A stretch of DNA of 64,000 nt from an uncultured delta proteobacterium (GCA_963737265.1 CAVTRY010000016.1:160001-224000); one strand, 5' to 3'; shown: positions 9,555 to 19,186, numbered from the stretch's first letter. Notes: generated by a model not told the origin, from the sequence alone. Numbers and translations are program-made.

Positions 9555-10540
9555 ATGTCCTCGACGCTCGCCCGCGCCACGCTTCGCAGAATAGGCTTGT
9601 CCGGCGCGCCCGGCCGCTCATGGGAACCCTCGTAGGCATCGCCATGAGAGGCGACGACGCCGACCAGCTTGAGACACTCATCCGGGAGATGTTCGCAGAG
9701 ATGGAGCGCCTCGAGGCCATTCTTTCGGAGTGGCGATCCGATAGTGCGGTGTCAGGCGTGAATCGAGCCGCGGGTGTTGCGCCCGTCCGCATGCCAGTCG
9801 CGCTGGCGAGGGTCATGGAAGTCGCTGGCAAGGTATCTTCTGCGACCCAAGGTGCTTTCGACAGTACCTGGGCGGCGTTGTCGAATCTGTGGAGGGTGGA
9901 CGACCCCGGTTTCCGCCCGCCGTCAGCCGAAGCCATCGCGAAGGCGCGCGAGCTCGTCAACTATCGGGATGTGGCGATCGATGCCAAAGCCGGGACGATG
10001 TATCTGCGCCGGCGCGGAATGCGCCTTGGCCTGGGTGGAATCGCCAAGACCTACATCGCCGAGTGCGCGGCCGACTTCGCCGTCGCAAGCGGGGCAAGCC
10101 ACGTGCTCATCGACGCTGGTGGGGATGTGGTCGCGCGCGGTCGCAACGGTAATCGTCCCTGGACCGTCGGCATTCGCGACCCGCGGGTCGCGGCAAGGAT
10201 CCTCGCCACCGTCGAGCTTCACGACGAGGCCATCGTCACCAGCGGCGACTATGAACATTTTGTCGACGTGGAAGGGCATCGCTACCATCATCTGCTCGAC
10301 CCGCGGACTGGCGTCCCGGCCTGTGAAAGCCGGAGCGCGACGGTGGTAGCTCCGCGAGGCGCGCTGGCGGACGCGCTGGCCACCGGGCTGTTCGTCCTGG
10401 GCGCACGTGGACTCGACGTCGTGCGGAGGTTCGCGGGCGTTGCGGCGCTGGTGATCGACGGGAACGGTGCTGCCCACCTATCCGCGCACGGAGCGACGCG
10501 ATTCCGTCCGTCTCGTTCGGCGGCCGTCCCGCGCGCTTGA
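9551..10540 (+). CDS. apbE: FAD:protein FMN transferase
   Basis: LMGT, GAFD, LGGIAK, DAGGD, TSGDYE, HHLLDPRTG, ADALATG motifs; ATGA overlap with the FMN-binding gene; no lipobox visible. Confidence 0.92.
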   Translation: MNVLDARPRHASQNRLVRRARPLMGTLVGIAMRGDDADQLETLIREMFAEMERLEAILSEWRSDSAVSGVNRAAGVAPVRMPVALARVMEVAGKVSSATQGAFDSTWAALSNLWRVDDPGFRPPSAEAIAKARELVNYRDVAIDAKAGTMYLRRRGMRLGLGGIAKTYIAECAADFAVASGASHVLIDAGGDVVARGRNGNRPWTVGIRDPRVAARILATVELHDEAIVTSGDYEHFVDVEGHRYHHLLDPRTGVPACESRSATVVAPRGALADALATGLFVLGARGLDVVRRFAGVAALVIDGNGAAHLSAHGATRFRPSRSAAVPRA

Positions 10541-11005
10541 AGATGTTCCGGAGGGTTCAGCTCCACCGTCGCTGGGTGGCGAATGCGAGTGGGCTGGCTC
10601 GCCGAGGCCGGTGACGATCTCGATTCCACCCTGTTTCACACCTCGCAGCGCCAATAGGCGGTCGGCGATGTCTTGCAAGCGATCGGATCTGCCATGAATG
10701 ACGATGACCTCGAGGCACAGATCGTGGTTGATGTGAACGTGCAGTGTCGCACGCACCTGTTCGCCCAACTGGTGCTGAAGCTCGTTCAGTCGTTCGCTGA
10801 GGTCGCGCACGTGGTGGTCGTAGACCAGCGTCAGCGTGCCGACCGCCTCGACCGCCTCGCGCACCTTGGCTCGCCCAACCTCGGCGCGCGACAGGTCGCG
10901 CAACAGCTCGGATCGGGTGCACCCGCGTTCGCGCACGACCGCGTCGAGCTCGCGCAACAACGAACCTTCGAGCGCAACGCCAAAACGAACCAGCGGATCC
11001 TTCAT
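10478..11005 (-). CDS. nikR: Nickel-responsive regulator NikR
   Basis: Ribbon-helix-helix RFGVALE...RSELLRDL, YDHH, HVHINHDLCLEVI; extended C-terminus overlaps the apbE 3' end by 63 bp. Confidence 0.93.
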   Translation of the reverse strand: MKDPLVRFGVALEGSLLRELDAVVRERGCTRSELLRDLSRAEVGRAKVREAVEAVGTLTLVYDHHVRDLSERLNELQHQLGEQVRATLHVHINHDLCLEVIVIHGRSDRLQDIADRLLALRGVKQGGIEIVTGLGEPAHSHSPPSDGGAEPSGTSSSARDGRRTRRTESRRSVRG

Positions 11006-11071
11006 GGCGGCGAGACTACCGCGGGGTGAGCGGCAAGGGAACGTCGATAGATACGTCGATAGCGACGCCGG

Positions 11072-11641
11072 CTATACTGGCTCGTTGCCGGGCTTCCACT
11101 TGATGTTGCAACCGATGCTGGCCCTCTGATTCGCCGCGGGCTGTTGGCCGACAAGCAGCGCAGCGACGGCAGCACGCGCGTCGCGACCGGTGACGGGAAT
11201 TGCATTGCTCGGGCGGGCGTCGTCGAACTGGCCGCGGTAGGCAAGCTTCCCGTCTCCACCGAAGATGAACAGGTCGGGCGTGCAACGGGCGTCGAAGGCT
11301 TGGGCGACCGTCTGCGATTCGTCGTAGAGGTAGGGAAAGACGTAGCCGGCCTGCTTGGCCTCGACGGCCATCGCCGCCGGGGCATCATCGGGGTAGCGGT
11401 CGGCATCGTTGGCGCTGATGGCCACCATACCCACGCCCTGGTCGCGGCAGGTGCGGCCGAAGTCGGCCAGGCCGGCGCGAATGTGTTTCACAAACGGGCA
11501 ATGGTTGCAGATGAAAATGACGACGCTTGGTTTTCCGGCCAAGGACGACGACGCAACGATTTGCCCATGGACCACGTCGGGCAGCGAAAAGCTCGGCATC
11601 GGCGTGCCGAGCGAAACCATGCAGGAGGGCGTACTGGACAT
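11072..11641 (-). CDS. Thioredoxin/AhpC-TSA-like redoxin
   Basis: FICNHCPFV, YPDD, FPYLYDESQ, CTPD, YRGQFDD, SIGCNIKWK. Confidence 0.9.
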   Translation of the reverse strand: MSSTPSCMVSLGTPMPSFSLPDVVHGQIVASSSLAGKPSVVIFICNHCPFVKHIRAGLADFGRTCRDQGVGMVAISANDADRYPDDAPAAMAVEAKQAGYVFPYLYDESQTVAQAFDARCTPDLFIFGGDGKLAYRGQFDDARPSNAIPVTGRDARAAVAALLVGQQPAANQRASIGCNIKWKPGNEPV

Positions 11642-11655
11642 GATGCAAGTCCTTG

Positions 11656-13041
11656 TTAAAGCAACAATCGCTTGATATCCGAAAGCAACTCGCGCAAATA
11701 GGTGGTGAAGCGCGCAGCCTCGGCGCCATCGTTCACGCGGTGGTCGTAGGACAGCGACAACGGCAACATCAGACGCGGCACGAAGCTTCCGTTTTCGTAG
11801 ACGGGTTTCATGCTGGCGCGCGAGACGCCGAGAATCGCGACCTCCGGCGTATTCACGATGGGCGTGAACGCGGTGCCACCGATTCCACCCAAGCTTGAGA
11901 CGGTGAAGCTCGCACCCTGCATATCGCCCGGCAAAAGCTTGTGAGCCCTCGCCTTCTCGCTGACCACGGCGAGCTCGACCGCGAGATCGTAGACGCCTTT
12001 GTGGTCGATGTCGCGAATCACCGGCACCAGCAGCCCGTCGGGCGTGTCCACGGCGACGCCCAAATGAAAGTAACGCTTGAGAATCAGGTTCTCGCCCTGC
12101 GGATCCAGGGACGCGTTGAAGGTCGGAAACGCCTTCAGCGTCGCCACCACGGCCTTCATGATGAAGGGCAACATGGTCAGGCGCACGTTGCGCTTTTTCG
12201 CGTGCTCGGTCTCGGACTTGCGGAAGGCATCGAGGTCGGTGATATCGGCCTCGTCGTGTTGGGTGACGTGCACGACACGCAGCCAGGCCCGGTGCAGGTT
12301 GGTCGCGGTCACGCGCTTGATGCGCGAGAGCGGTTGCGATTCGATGAGGCCGAAGCGGCCAAAATCGACGTAGGGTGCCTCGGGCAGCATGAATCCACCG
12401 CCGGTGGACTGGAGCTTGCCGACGTTGTCCTTGACGTACCTCTTGACGTCGAGATCGAGGATCCTGCCGTTGCGCCCGGTACCCTTCACCAAGGCAAGAT
12501 CCACGCCCAGCTCGCGACCCAAGCGGCGTATCGACGGCGTGGCGTGAGACTTGGTCTTGACCACGGTCAAGGGCGGCGGCGGAGTGACCTTGGATAGCTC
12601 CTCGGGCGCGGGTGTCGCGTGCGAGGACGGCTTGCGCGCAACAACCTCGAAATCTGGCGCCATTTCCACGTCGGCATCGACTTGGGGCTCGTCAGCGCGC
12701 GCAGCGGCGACCGCCGCCAGCGGCGCCGAGGCTCGCACCGGGGCGACCGCAGCCGTCTTTTCCGGAAGGCGCGCCACCGGCGTTGCCACCGCGCCGCCGT
12801 CCAGGAGCTCCAGGGTTGCGATGCGCGAACCCTTGGAAACCTTGGCGCCGATGGCGACCAATATCTCCTTGATCACCCCTGCGTTGGGCGACGGCAAATC
12901 CATGGTCGCCTTGTCGGTTTCAAGCGTGAGAAGCGGTTGATCTTTCTTGACTGCATCGCCCGCCTTCACTGCGATTTCGATGACGGCGACGTCGTGAAAG
13001 TCGCCCAGGTCGGGCACGGTCACTTCGGCTATCTTGGCCAC
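11656..13041 (-). CDS. aceF: Pyruvate dehydrogenase E2 (one lipoyl domain)
   Basis: GTG start after GGAGG; ETDKATM lipoyl motif, HATPSIRRLGRELGVDL binding domain, DHRVNDGA catalytic motif. Confidence 0.95.
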   Translation of the reverse strand: MAKIAEVTVPDLGDFHDVAVIEIAVKAGDAVKKDQPLLTLETDKATMDLPSPNAGVIKEILVAIGAKVSKGSRIATLELLDGGAVATPVARLPEKTAAVAPVRASAPLAAVAAARADEPQVDADVEMAPDFEVVARKPSSHATPAPEELSKVTPPPPLTVVKTKSHATPSIRRLGRELGVDLALVKGTGRNGRILDLDVKRYVKDNVGKLQSTGGGFMLPEAPYVDFGRFGLIESQPLSRIKRVTATNLHRAWLRVVHVTQHDEADITDLDAFRKSETEHAKKRNVRLTMLPFIMKAVVATLKAFPTFNASLDPQGENLILKRYFHLGVAVDTPDGLLVPVIRDIDHKGVYDLAVELAVVSEKARAHKLLPGDMQGASFTVSSLGGIGGTAFTPIVNTPEVAILGVSRASMKPVYENGSFVPRLMLPLSLSYDHRVNDGAEAARFTTYLRELLSDIKRLLL

Positions 13042-13070
13042 GTTGTACCTTCCTCCGGATTTTGGCGAAG

Positions 13071-15782
13071 CTAGACGGTCACGGGATTCGGCTTCTCGGG
13101 ATCTATCGCATACTTTTCCATGGCCTCGCGAACTTTGCCGAGCGGCAGTGCGCCCTGGTCGACAAGCGCCTTGAGCGCGGCCACGACGACATAACGACGA
13201 TCCACCTCGAAGAAGTGGCGCAGCTTCTTGCGCGTGTCGCTGCGCCCGAATCCGTCGGTACCGAGAACGACGAAGTGCTTGCCTGGAAGGTAGGGACGAA
13301 TCTGGTCGGCATACAGGCGCATGTAGTCGGTTGCCGCCACGATGGGCCCCGGCCGGTCGGCCAAACAAGTCTCGACGTAACTTTGCCGCCGTGGCTCTTG
13401 CGAGTGAAACATGGACCAGCGCTCGGCATCCAGACCATCGCGGCGAAGTTGGTTGAAGCTGGTGGCGCTCCAGATGTCCGCCGCAACACCAAAGTCCTGT
13501 TCAAGCATCTCCGCCGCCGCGATCACCTCGCGCAAGATGGCGCCGGAGCCAAGGAGCTGCACGCGCGTCTTGGCCTCTTTCGCCGTCCCCTCGCGCAGTA
13601 GATACATGCCCTTGAGAATGCCGTCGCGCGCGCCCTCGGGCATGGCCGGGTGACGGTAGTTCTCGTTCATCATGGTGACGTAATAGAAGACGTCCTCTTG
13701 GTCATGGTACATACGACGAACGCCGTCCTGAATGATCACCGCCATCTCGTAGGCAAAGGTGGGATCGTAGGAAAGGCAGGTGGGGATGCTGGAGGCGAAG
13801 AGCAGGTTGTGGCCATCCTGGTGCTGCAGACCCTCGCCCGACAACGTCGTCCGTCCCGCCGTGCCGCCCATGAGAAAGCCACGCGCGCGCATGTCGCCCG
13901 CCGCCCACGCAAAGTCGCCGATGCGCTGAAACCCGAACATGGAATAGAAGCAGTAGAACGGAATCATGTTCACGCCATGGTTGCTGTGAGCCATGCCCGC
14001 GGCGATGAACGACGACATCGATCCTGCTTCGTTGATACCTTCTTCGAGAATCTGGCCGTTCTTCATCTCCTTGTAGGACATGAGCTGCTCGGAATCGACC
14101 GGCTCGTAAAGCTGCCCTACCGACGAGTAAATGCCGATCTGGCGGAAAAGACCTTCCATGCCGAAGGTGCGCGCCTCGTCGGGAACGATGGGCACGATGA
14201 ATTTGCCGACGTTCCGGTCGCGCACAAGCTGGGTCAGGATGCGCACGAACGCCATGGTGGTCGACATCTCGTGCTCGCCGCTGCCCTTGATCTGCGTCTC
14301 GAACGCGTCGAGGGTCGGCACTTCGAGCGGCGTGGCGGCTCGCCGGCGCGACGGCAAAAAGCCACCCAAGGCCTTGCGCCGCTCCAGCATGTACTGAATC
14401 TCCTTGCTGCCATCCGCGGGCCGATAGAACGGCGCCGCGCCGATCTTGTCGTCGCTGATGGGAATGTTAAAACGATCGCGGAACGCCTTGAGCGCCTCTT
14501 CGCCCATTTTCTTCTGCTGATGGGTCGGGTTGAGCCCTTCGCCCGCCTCGCCCATGCCGTAGCCCTTGACCGTCTTGGCCAGGATGATGGTGGGTTGGCC
14601 TTTGTGCTCCATGGCGGCGCGGTAGGCGGCGTAAACTTTGTTGGGATCGTGGCCGCCGCGGTTGAGCCACCAGATCTCCTCGTCGCTCATGTTGGAGACC
14701 ATGGCCGCAAGCTCGGGGTACTTGCCGAAGAAGTGTTCGCGGGTAAAGGCGCCGCCCTTGGCTTTGTAAGCCTGGTACTCGCCGTCCACGCATTCCATCA
14801 TGCGCTTGCGCAGAATTCCTTTGGTGTCGCGCTGGAGCAAGGGATCCCAGTACGAGCCCCACAGCACCTTGATGACGTTCCAGCCGGCGCCGCGGAAAAG
14901 CGCCTCTAGCTCTTGGACGATTTTTCCATCGCCGCGCACCGGACCGTCCAGGCGCTGCAGGTTGCAGTTGACGACGAAAACCAGGTTGTCGAGCCGTTCG
15001 CGCGCCGGCAGGGAAATCGCGCCCAGCGACTCGGGCTCGTCCATTTCGCCGTCGCCCAGGAAGGCCCACACTTTGCGGCCGCTGGTGTCGAGGATGCCCC
15101 GATGTTCGAGATAACGCATGAAGCGCGCCTGGTAGATCGCCATCATCGACGTGAGCCCCATGGACACGGTCGAGAACTGCCAAAAATCCGGCATCAAATA
15201 GGGATGCGGGTACGACGAAAGGCCCTTACCGTCAACTTCCTGACGGAACGCCCGCAGCTGGTCTTCGCTGATGCGACCTTCGAGAAATGCCCGCGCGTAG
15301 ATGCCGGGCGCCGAATGGCCCTGAAAGTAGACCAGATCGCCCCCGTTTTCCGCCTCTGGCCCGCGAAAAAAATGGTTAAACCCCACGTCGTAAAGCGTGG
15401 CCGCCGACGCGAAGCTGGCGATGTGCCCGCCCAGCTCCGACGAGCTGCGGTTGGCGTTGACCACCATGGCCAGCGCGTTCCAGCGAATCAGCGAGCGGAT
15501 GCGCCGTTCAAGCCCAGGGTCGCCGGGAACCCGCGGCTGCTGCGTCACCGGGATGGTGTTGACGTAGGCCGTGGTCGCGTCGAACGGCAGGTGCGCCCCC
15601 GAGCGACGTGCGTGGTCGACCAGCTTTTCCAGCAGAAAATGGGCCCGCTCGATTCCCTCGTGTTCGAGCGTCGAGGCTAGGGATTCGATCCATTCGCGTG
15701 TTTCCTCGGGGTCGATGTCCGCGATATCTTCGATGTCGTTGGCGGCTTCCGCGAGCTCGGGACGGTGGGTTGGTGTAGCCAT
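13071..15782 (-). CDS. aceE: Pyruvate dehydrogenase E1, homodimeric type
   Basis: DIDPEETREW, GGHIASFAS, GDGEMDEPES ThDP motif, GEGLQHQDG, LGTDGFGRSD. Confidence 0.97.
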   Translation of the reverse strand: MATPTHRPELAEAANDIEDIADIDPEETREWIESLASTLEHEGIERAHFLLEKLVDHARRSGAHLPFDATTAYVNTIPVTQQPRVPGDPGLERRIRSLIRWNALAMVVNANRSSSELGGHIASFASAATLYDVGFNHFFRGPEAENGGDLVYFQGHSAPGIYARAFLEGRISEDQLRAFRQEVDGKGLSSYPHPYLMPDFWQFSTVSMGLTSMMAIYQARFMRYLEHRGILDTSGRKVWAFLGDGEMDEPESLGAISLPARERLDNLVFVVNCNLQRLDGPVRGDGKIVQELEALFRGAGWNVIKVLWGSYWDPLLQRDTKGILRKRMMECVDGEYQAYKAKGGAFTREHFFGKYPELAAMVSNMSDEEIWWLNRGGHDPNKVYAAYRAAMEHKGQPTIILAKTVKGYGMGEAGEGLNPTHQQKKMGEEALKAFRDRFNIPISDDKIGAAPFYRPADGSKEIQYMLERRKALGGFLPSRRRAATPLEVPTLDAFETQIKGSGEHEMSTTMAFVRILTQLVRDRNVGKFIVPIVPDEARTFGMEGLFRQIGIYSSVGQLYEPVDSEQLMSYKEMKNGQILEEGINEAGSMSSFIAAGMAHSNHGVNMIPFYCFYSMFGFQRIGDFAWAAGDMRARGFLMGGTAGRTTLSGEGLQHQDGHNLLFASSIPTCLSYDPTFAYEMAVIIQDGVRRMYHDQEDVFYYVTMMNENYRHPAMPEGARDGILKGMYLLREGTAKEAKTRVQLLGSGAILREVIAAAEMLEQDFGVAADIWSATSFNQLRRDGLDAERWSMFHSQEPRRQSYVETCLADRPGPIVAATDYMRLYADQIRPYLPGKHFVVLGTDGFGRSDTRKKLRHFFEVDRRYVVVAALKALVDQGALPLGKVREAMEKYAIDPEKPNPVTV

Positions 15783-15992
15783 TATTTCTCTTGGTTGGTG
15801 GCGATGCGTGAGTATCCCCGCAGGCGGACACGACTGCCATGGTTGGGGCGCTTTATTGGATGCACGAAGGCTCTCCACGTCACAAGCCCTTTGTCTCCAG
15901 GCTTCAGGCCACAGCGCAGGAGCGCGAGTCGAGGTCCAATCGGTCCCGAGCACTGGCACGCCCAAAATGGGCGACCGCGTTGCGCTGCGGAC

Positions 15993-16030
15993 AAAAAAAG
16001 GGCCGGCCGCGTTTCGGCGGCCGGCCTTTT
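15993..16030 (-). terminator. Rho-independent terminator (probably bidirectional)
   Basis: A7-gGGCCGGCCGC-gtttcg-GCGGCCGGCC-T4, just downstream of the 16045 gene. Confidence 0.85.
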
Positions 16031-16044
16031 CCTGCACTAGCTGT

Positions 16045-19035
16045 CTACTGCAGGCAGGATGGGCTAAGGTAGGTCTCGGAGCCGTTCAGGCTGATGAAGC
16101 CGTTGGCGGCAGCCGTCCCGCAGTCGATGACGCCCTTGAAACCATCGCTGTTGTCGATGTACGTCCCGAGCGCTCCACTCACGATGGTGTTGACGCCAGC
16201 ACCACCATACATTTGGCAGGCCGCGGAGCTGGTGATGGTGTCGTCGCCCCCTTCACCGAGGAGGGTGTCCATGCCGCCACCGCCCACGATCAGGTCGTCG
16301 CCAAGGCCGCCCCAGATCATGTTGGGATTCGTATCCCCGGTCAGGGTGTCGTCGCCGGAGCCGCCACGAATGCTGGCGATGGAGTTGGCGGTGACGATGT
16401 CGTGCTCGACGGGGTTGCCGCCTTCGCCGACTTGAGTGCCGCCACCGGTCAGTGCCCCAAGATTGACAACCACGGGATTGGCGCGGTCGCTGTAGTCGAG
16501 GACGTTGACGCCGACGCTTGTGGAGGGTGCATTGCCCGAGGTGCACAGCGACGCCGGAGAGCTTGCGACGACACAGTTCAGCCCGCCACCGTCGATGACG
16601 TCATTTCCCAGGCCGCCTTGAAGCGTGTCATTGCCGTCGCCGCCGTACAGATTGTCGGCGTTCGGGCCACCGATGAGAAGGTCGTTGCCCTTTCCGCCGT
16701 ACAAGGTATTGACGGAGCTACCGCCGCCACCGATCAGGGTGTCGTTGCCATCCATGCCTTGTAGCGTGTGATTGCAGGTCGCCCGTGACGCATCGATGTA
16801 GTCGTTGCCACTTCCACCAATCACGTTTTCGATGGTGTTGTCGAGGGAGTCATGTTCGGCCGCCTCGCCATCGTTCGCGCCCGGCGCCAGGGAGCCAGCC
16901 GTGAAGTCAACGACGGTGAACCTACCGCCAGCCTTCTCCGTGAGCGAAGCGCCTGCCGGCTTGACACCGGGGAAGGAAACGGTCACTACCGGTCCCTTCG
17001 CCGTTGCCGTAAGGTGAGTCGCTGCCGGTGAGGCATCCCATCCCGCGCCAGCTATCGCCGCCGCAGTCGCCACGGCCACGGAACCCGCGTCGTTGTGCAC
17101 AGCAGAAAGGTCAATTTCAACAGTGTTGACCGTCGGGACGAAAGCGGAAACCGAACTGGTCATACCCTGTACAGCGAGAGCGCTGCCAGTCGATGTGATG
17201 GCCGTTCCGGTAACCAAGGCAGTCGCCAACAGCGCGACGGTGTCTTGCGGCGCCGGGACTGGCTGGATGGCCGCGGTGATGTTTAGACTGGCACCAGTGA
17301 TGGCGGCGGCGGTGGCTGTGGCGATGTCGGCGTTGGTCAAGACGTAGCTTGGATCGCTCGTCGAGATCTTCTTCGCGGCGAGCAGGGTAAACAGATCGAT
17401 GATCGTATTCCCATCGGCACCGGCGTCCGTGCCGGTACCGGCATCGACGACGGCGCTTTGCCAATCGCTCGCACTCATGCTGACCGCGTACTCGAACGTC
17501 ACCGCGGTGCTGTGATCGGAAATGGTGAGCTTGTCCCCGTCCACCGGGGTGGACTTCACCTGAATCGAGCCACTGCCATACCCTGCGCCAGTGGTCGTGT
17601 ACTCGAAGACCTTGGTATTGCCCGACGTCTTATCCGTGATGGTGAAGCCGTCATGGTCAGCAATTTCGACGGTGCCCGCCGCCGAATTGCCCCCAGTCAC
17701 GGAGACCGAGCTTGCGCCGGCCGTAGCAACCTTCTTCACGCAGGTAATCGTGGCCTTGGACGGGCTGACGACCAGGTCGTCGCCCATGGTGATGGTCAGC
17801 GGATTCGTCCGGCCGCTGTAGTCGACGGTGTCGACATCAGGCGTGGTGTCGTCGGAGCCACTGATGTAGTCGTGGGCCAACGCTGCTTGCTGCTGGAACA
17901 GGTCGTTGCCCTTGTTGCCAAACAGGTGATTGACCGCGGTGCTGACGACAGTTGTCGTGGCAGTGCTGGTGAGCGTGGTCGTGGTGGTATTCGTAGCGGT
18001 GGTGGTCCCGGTGGTCGTGGTAGAGGCTGTGCCCGTTCCAATGACAGTGACGCTGGTAGTAAGCGTGCTGGTGCCAATGGCGGTGGTGGCAGCGGTGGAG
18101 GTGGCGGTGGCGGTGCCAGTGTGAGTGTTGGTGGCAGTCGTCGTGCCAGTCGTCGTCGTCGTGTTCGTGGCTGTAACAGCTCCAATTACGGTCACCGTGA
18201 GAGTGGAGGTGCTAGTGGTCGTCACTGGGACCGTGCCCGGCATGCTGCCGGCGCCGCTGGTGATGGTGTCATCCCCGTCGCCGCCGTACACCGTCAAATT
18301 GATACTTCCAACCAGTTGGCTCGTGAGAGCCGCGCCACCAATGGGTGCTCCACCCTGGCCGGTGATGACGTCGTTACCCGGACCGGTGCTGACGAGGATG
18401 TCCGTGACACCGACCATGCTCAGATCGGGATAGGTTCGCGCGGCGGCCAGTGTCGTGGGGGCACTGCCAAACCCGAAAGAACCGTACGAGGTCGTGGCAA
18501 AACCAGTGCCACTTCCCGTCGAAATACTTCCAAACGTAAAGGTATCCGCATTCAGGGTTCCGCGAATCAAGACCTCGTTGATGACGCCTGAACCCGCGGC
18601 CATGTTGACGACGATGTTTGGCGAGTTGGCGGCCGTTGCGACGCTAAATGTTCCGAAGTAGTAATCGAGAAACACCTTGCGAGTGCCGGCCCCTGAATCG
18701 CTGCTCTTGGAGTTGATGGTGATCTTACTGGTGCTCGCAAACGAGCACTCGGCTCCGGTAGAGTCCACCGTGTTGGCGACGACCACGCCGTCGGTGGCCC
18801 GCTTGAAGAGGTAGAGAGATTCGCCCAAGCCCACGGGAATCGTCGCGGTACCCGTCCCGAGGACGCAGGGTGAGCTCAACAGGTCGAAGTGCGTTGGGAT
18901 GAAGCCTTCAAAGCCAGCCGGATCGAAGTTCGTGCCGCTGCCGCCGGCCTGCTGGCCCTGTTGTCCACAGGCACACGCCCCGCAAATAAGCAGTCCCAAT
19001 CCAAGATTTCGTAATCCTCGCCTCTTGTCGAACAT
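16045..19035 (-). CDS. Large lipoprotein with RTX-like Ca-binding repeats, a Thr-rich tract and inserted domains (paralog A)
   Basis: GGAGG RBS; MFDKRR...ICGAC-ACG lipobox-like signal; many GGxGxDxL nonamers; DTVDYS and IENVIGGSGND motifs. Confidence 0.85.
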   Translation of the reverse strand: MFDKRRGLRNLGLGLLICGACACGQQGQQAGGSGTNFDPAGFEGFIPTHFDLLSSPCVLGTGTATIPVGLGESLYLFKRATDGVVVANTVDSTGAECSFASTSKITINSKSSDSGAGTRKVFLDYYFGTFSVATAANSPNIVVNMAAGSGVINEVLIRGTLNADTFTFGSISTGSGTGFATTSYGSFGFGSAPTTLAAARTYPDLSMVGVTDILVSTGPGNDVITGQGGAPIGGAALTSQLVGSINLTVYGGDGDDTITSGAGSMPGTVPVTTTSTSTLTVTVIGAVTATNTTTTTGTTTATNTHTGTATATSTAATTAIGTSTLTTSVTVIGTGTASTTTTGTTTATNTTTTTLTSTATTTVVSTAVNHLFGNKGNDLFQQQAALAHDYISGSDDTTPDVDTVDYSGRTNPLTITMGDDLVVSPSKATITCVKKVATAGASSVSVTGGNSAAGTVEIADHDGFTITDKTSGNTKVFEYTTTGAGYGSGSIQVKSTPVDGDKLTISDHSTAVTFEYAVSMSASDWQSAVVDAGTGTDAGADGNTIIDLFTLLAAKKISTSDPSYVLTNADIATATAAAITGASLNITAAIQPVPAPQDTVALLATALVTGTAITSTGSALAVQGMTSSVSAFVPTVNTVEIDLSAVHNDAGSVAVATAAAIAGAGWDASPAATHLTATAKGPVVTVSFPGVKPAGASLTEKAGGRFTVVDFTAGSLAPGANDGEAAEHDSLDNTIENVIGGSGNDYIDASRATCNHTLQGMDGNDTLIGGGGSSVNTLYGGKGNDLLIGGPNADNLYGGDGNDTLQGGLGNDVIDGGGLNCVVASSPASLCTSGNAPSTSVGVNVLDYSDRANPVVVNLGALTGGGTQVGEGGNPVEHDIVTANSIASIRGGSGDDTLTGDTNPNMIWGGLGDDLIVGGGGMDTLLGEGGDDTITSSAACQMYGGAGVNTIVSGALGTYIDNSDGFKGVIDCGTAAANGFISLNGSETYLSPSCLQ

Positions 19036-19156
19036 GACGTGACCTCCTTGAGCATCGACGGAAATAGTCAGGGCGTTCATTCGCACGTCCTATCGCAACA
19101 AGCATTGCCGTCCCAGCGCCCGTTGCCACTGCACACCAAAGTCATTGGCCATCTTC

Positions 19157-19186
19157 TCTTCGACTCGCGGTCGCCATCCGTTAAGG
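19157..19186 (-). promoter_or_regulatory. Conserved upstream motif, copy A (ECF-sigma-like promoter)
   Basis: CCTTAACGGAT-N8-CGAGTCGAAGA, starting 151 bp before the ATG; near-identical copy at 23591. Confidence 0.65.
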
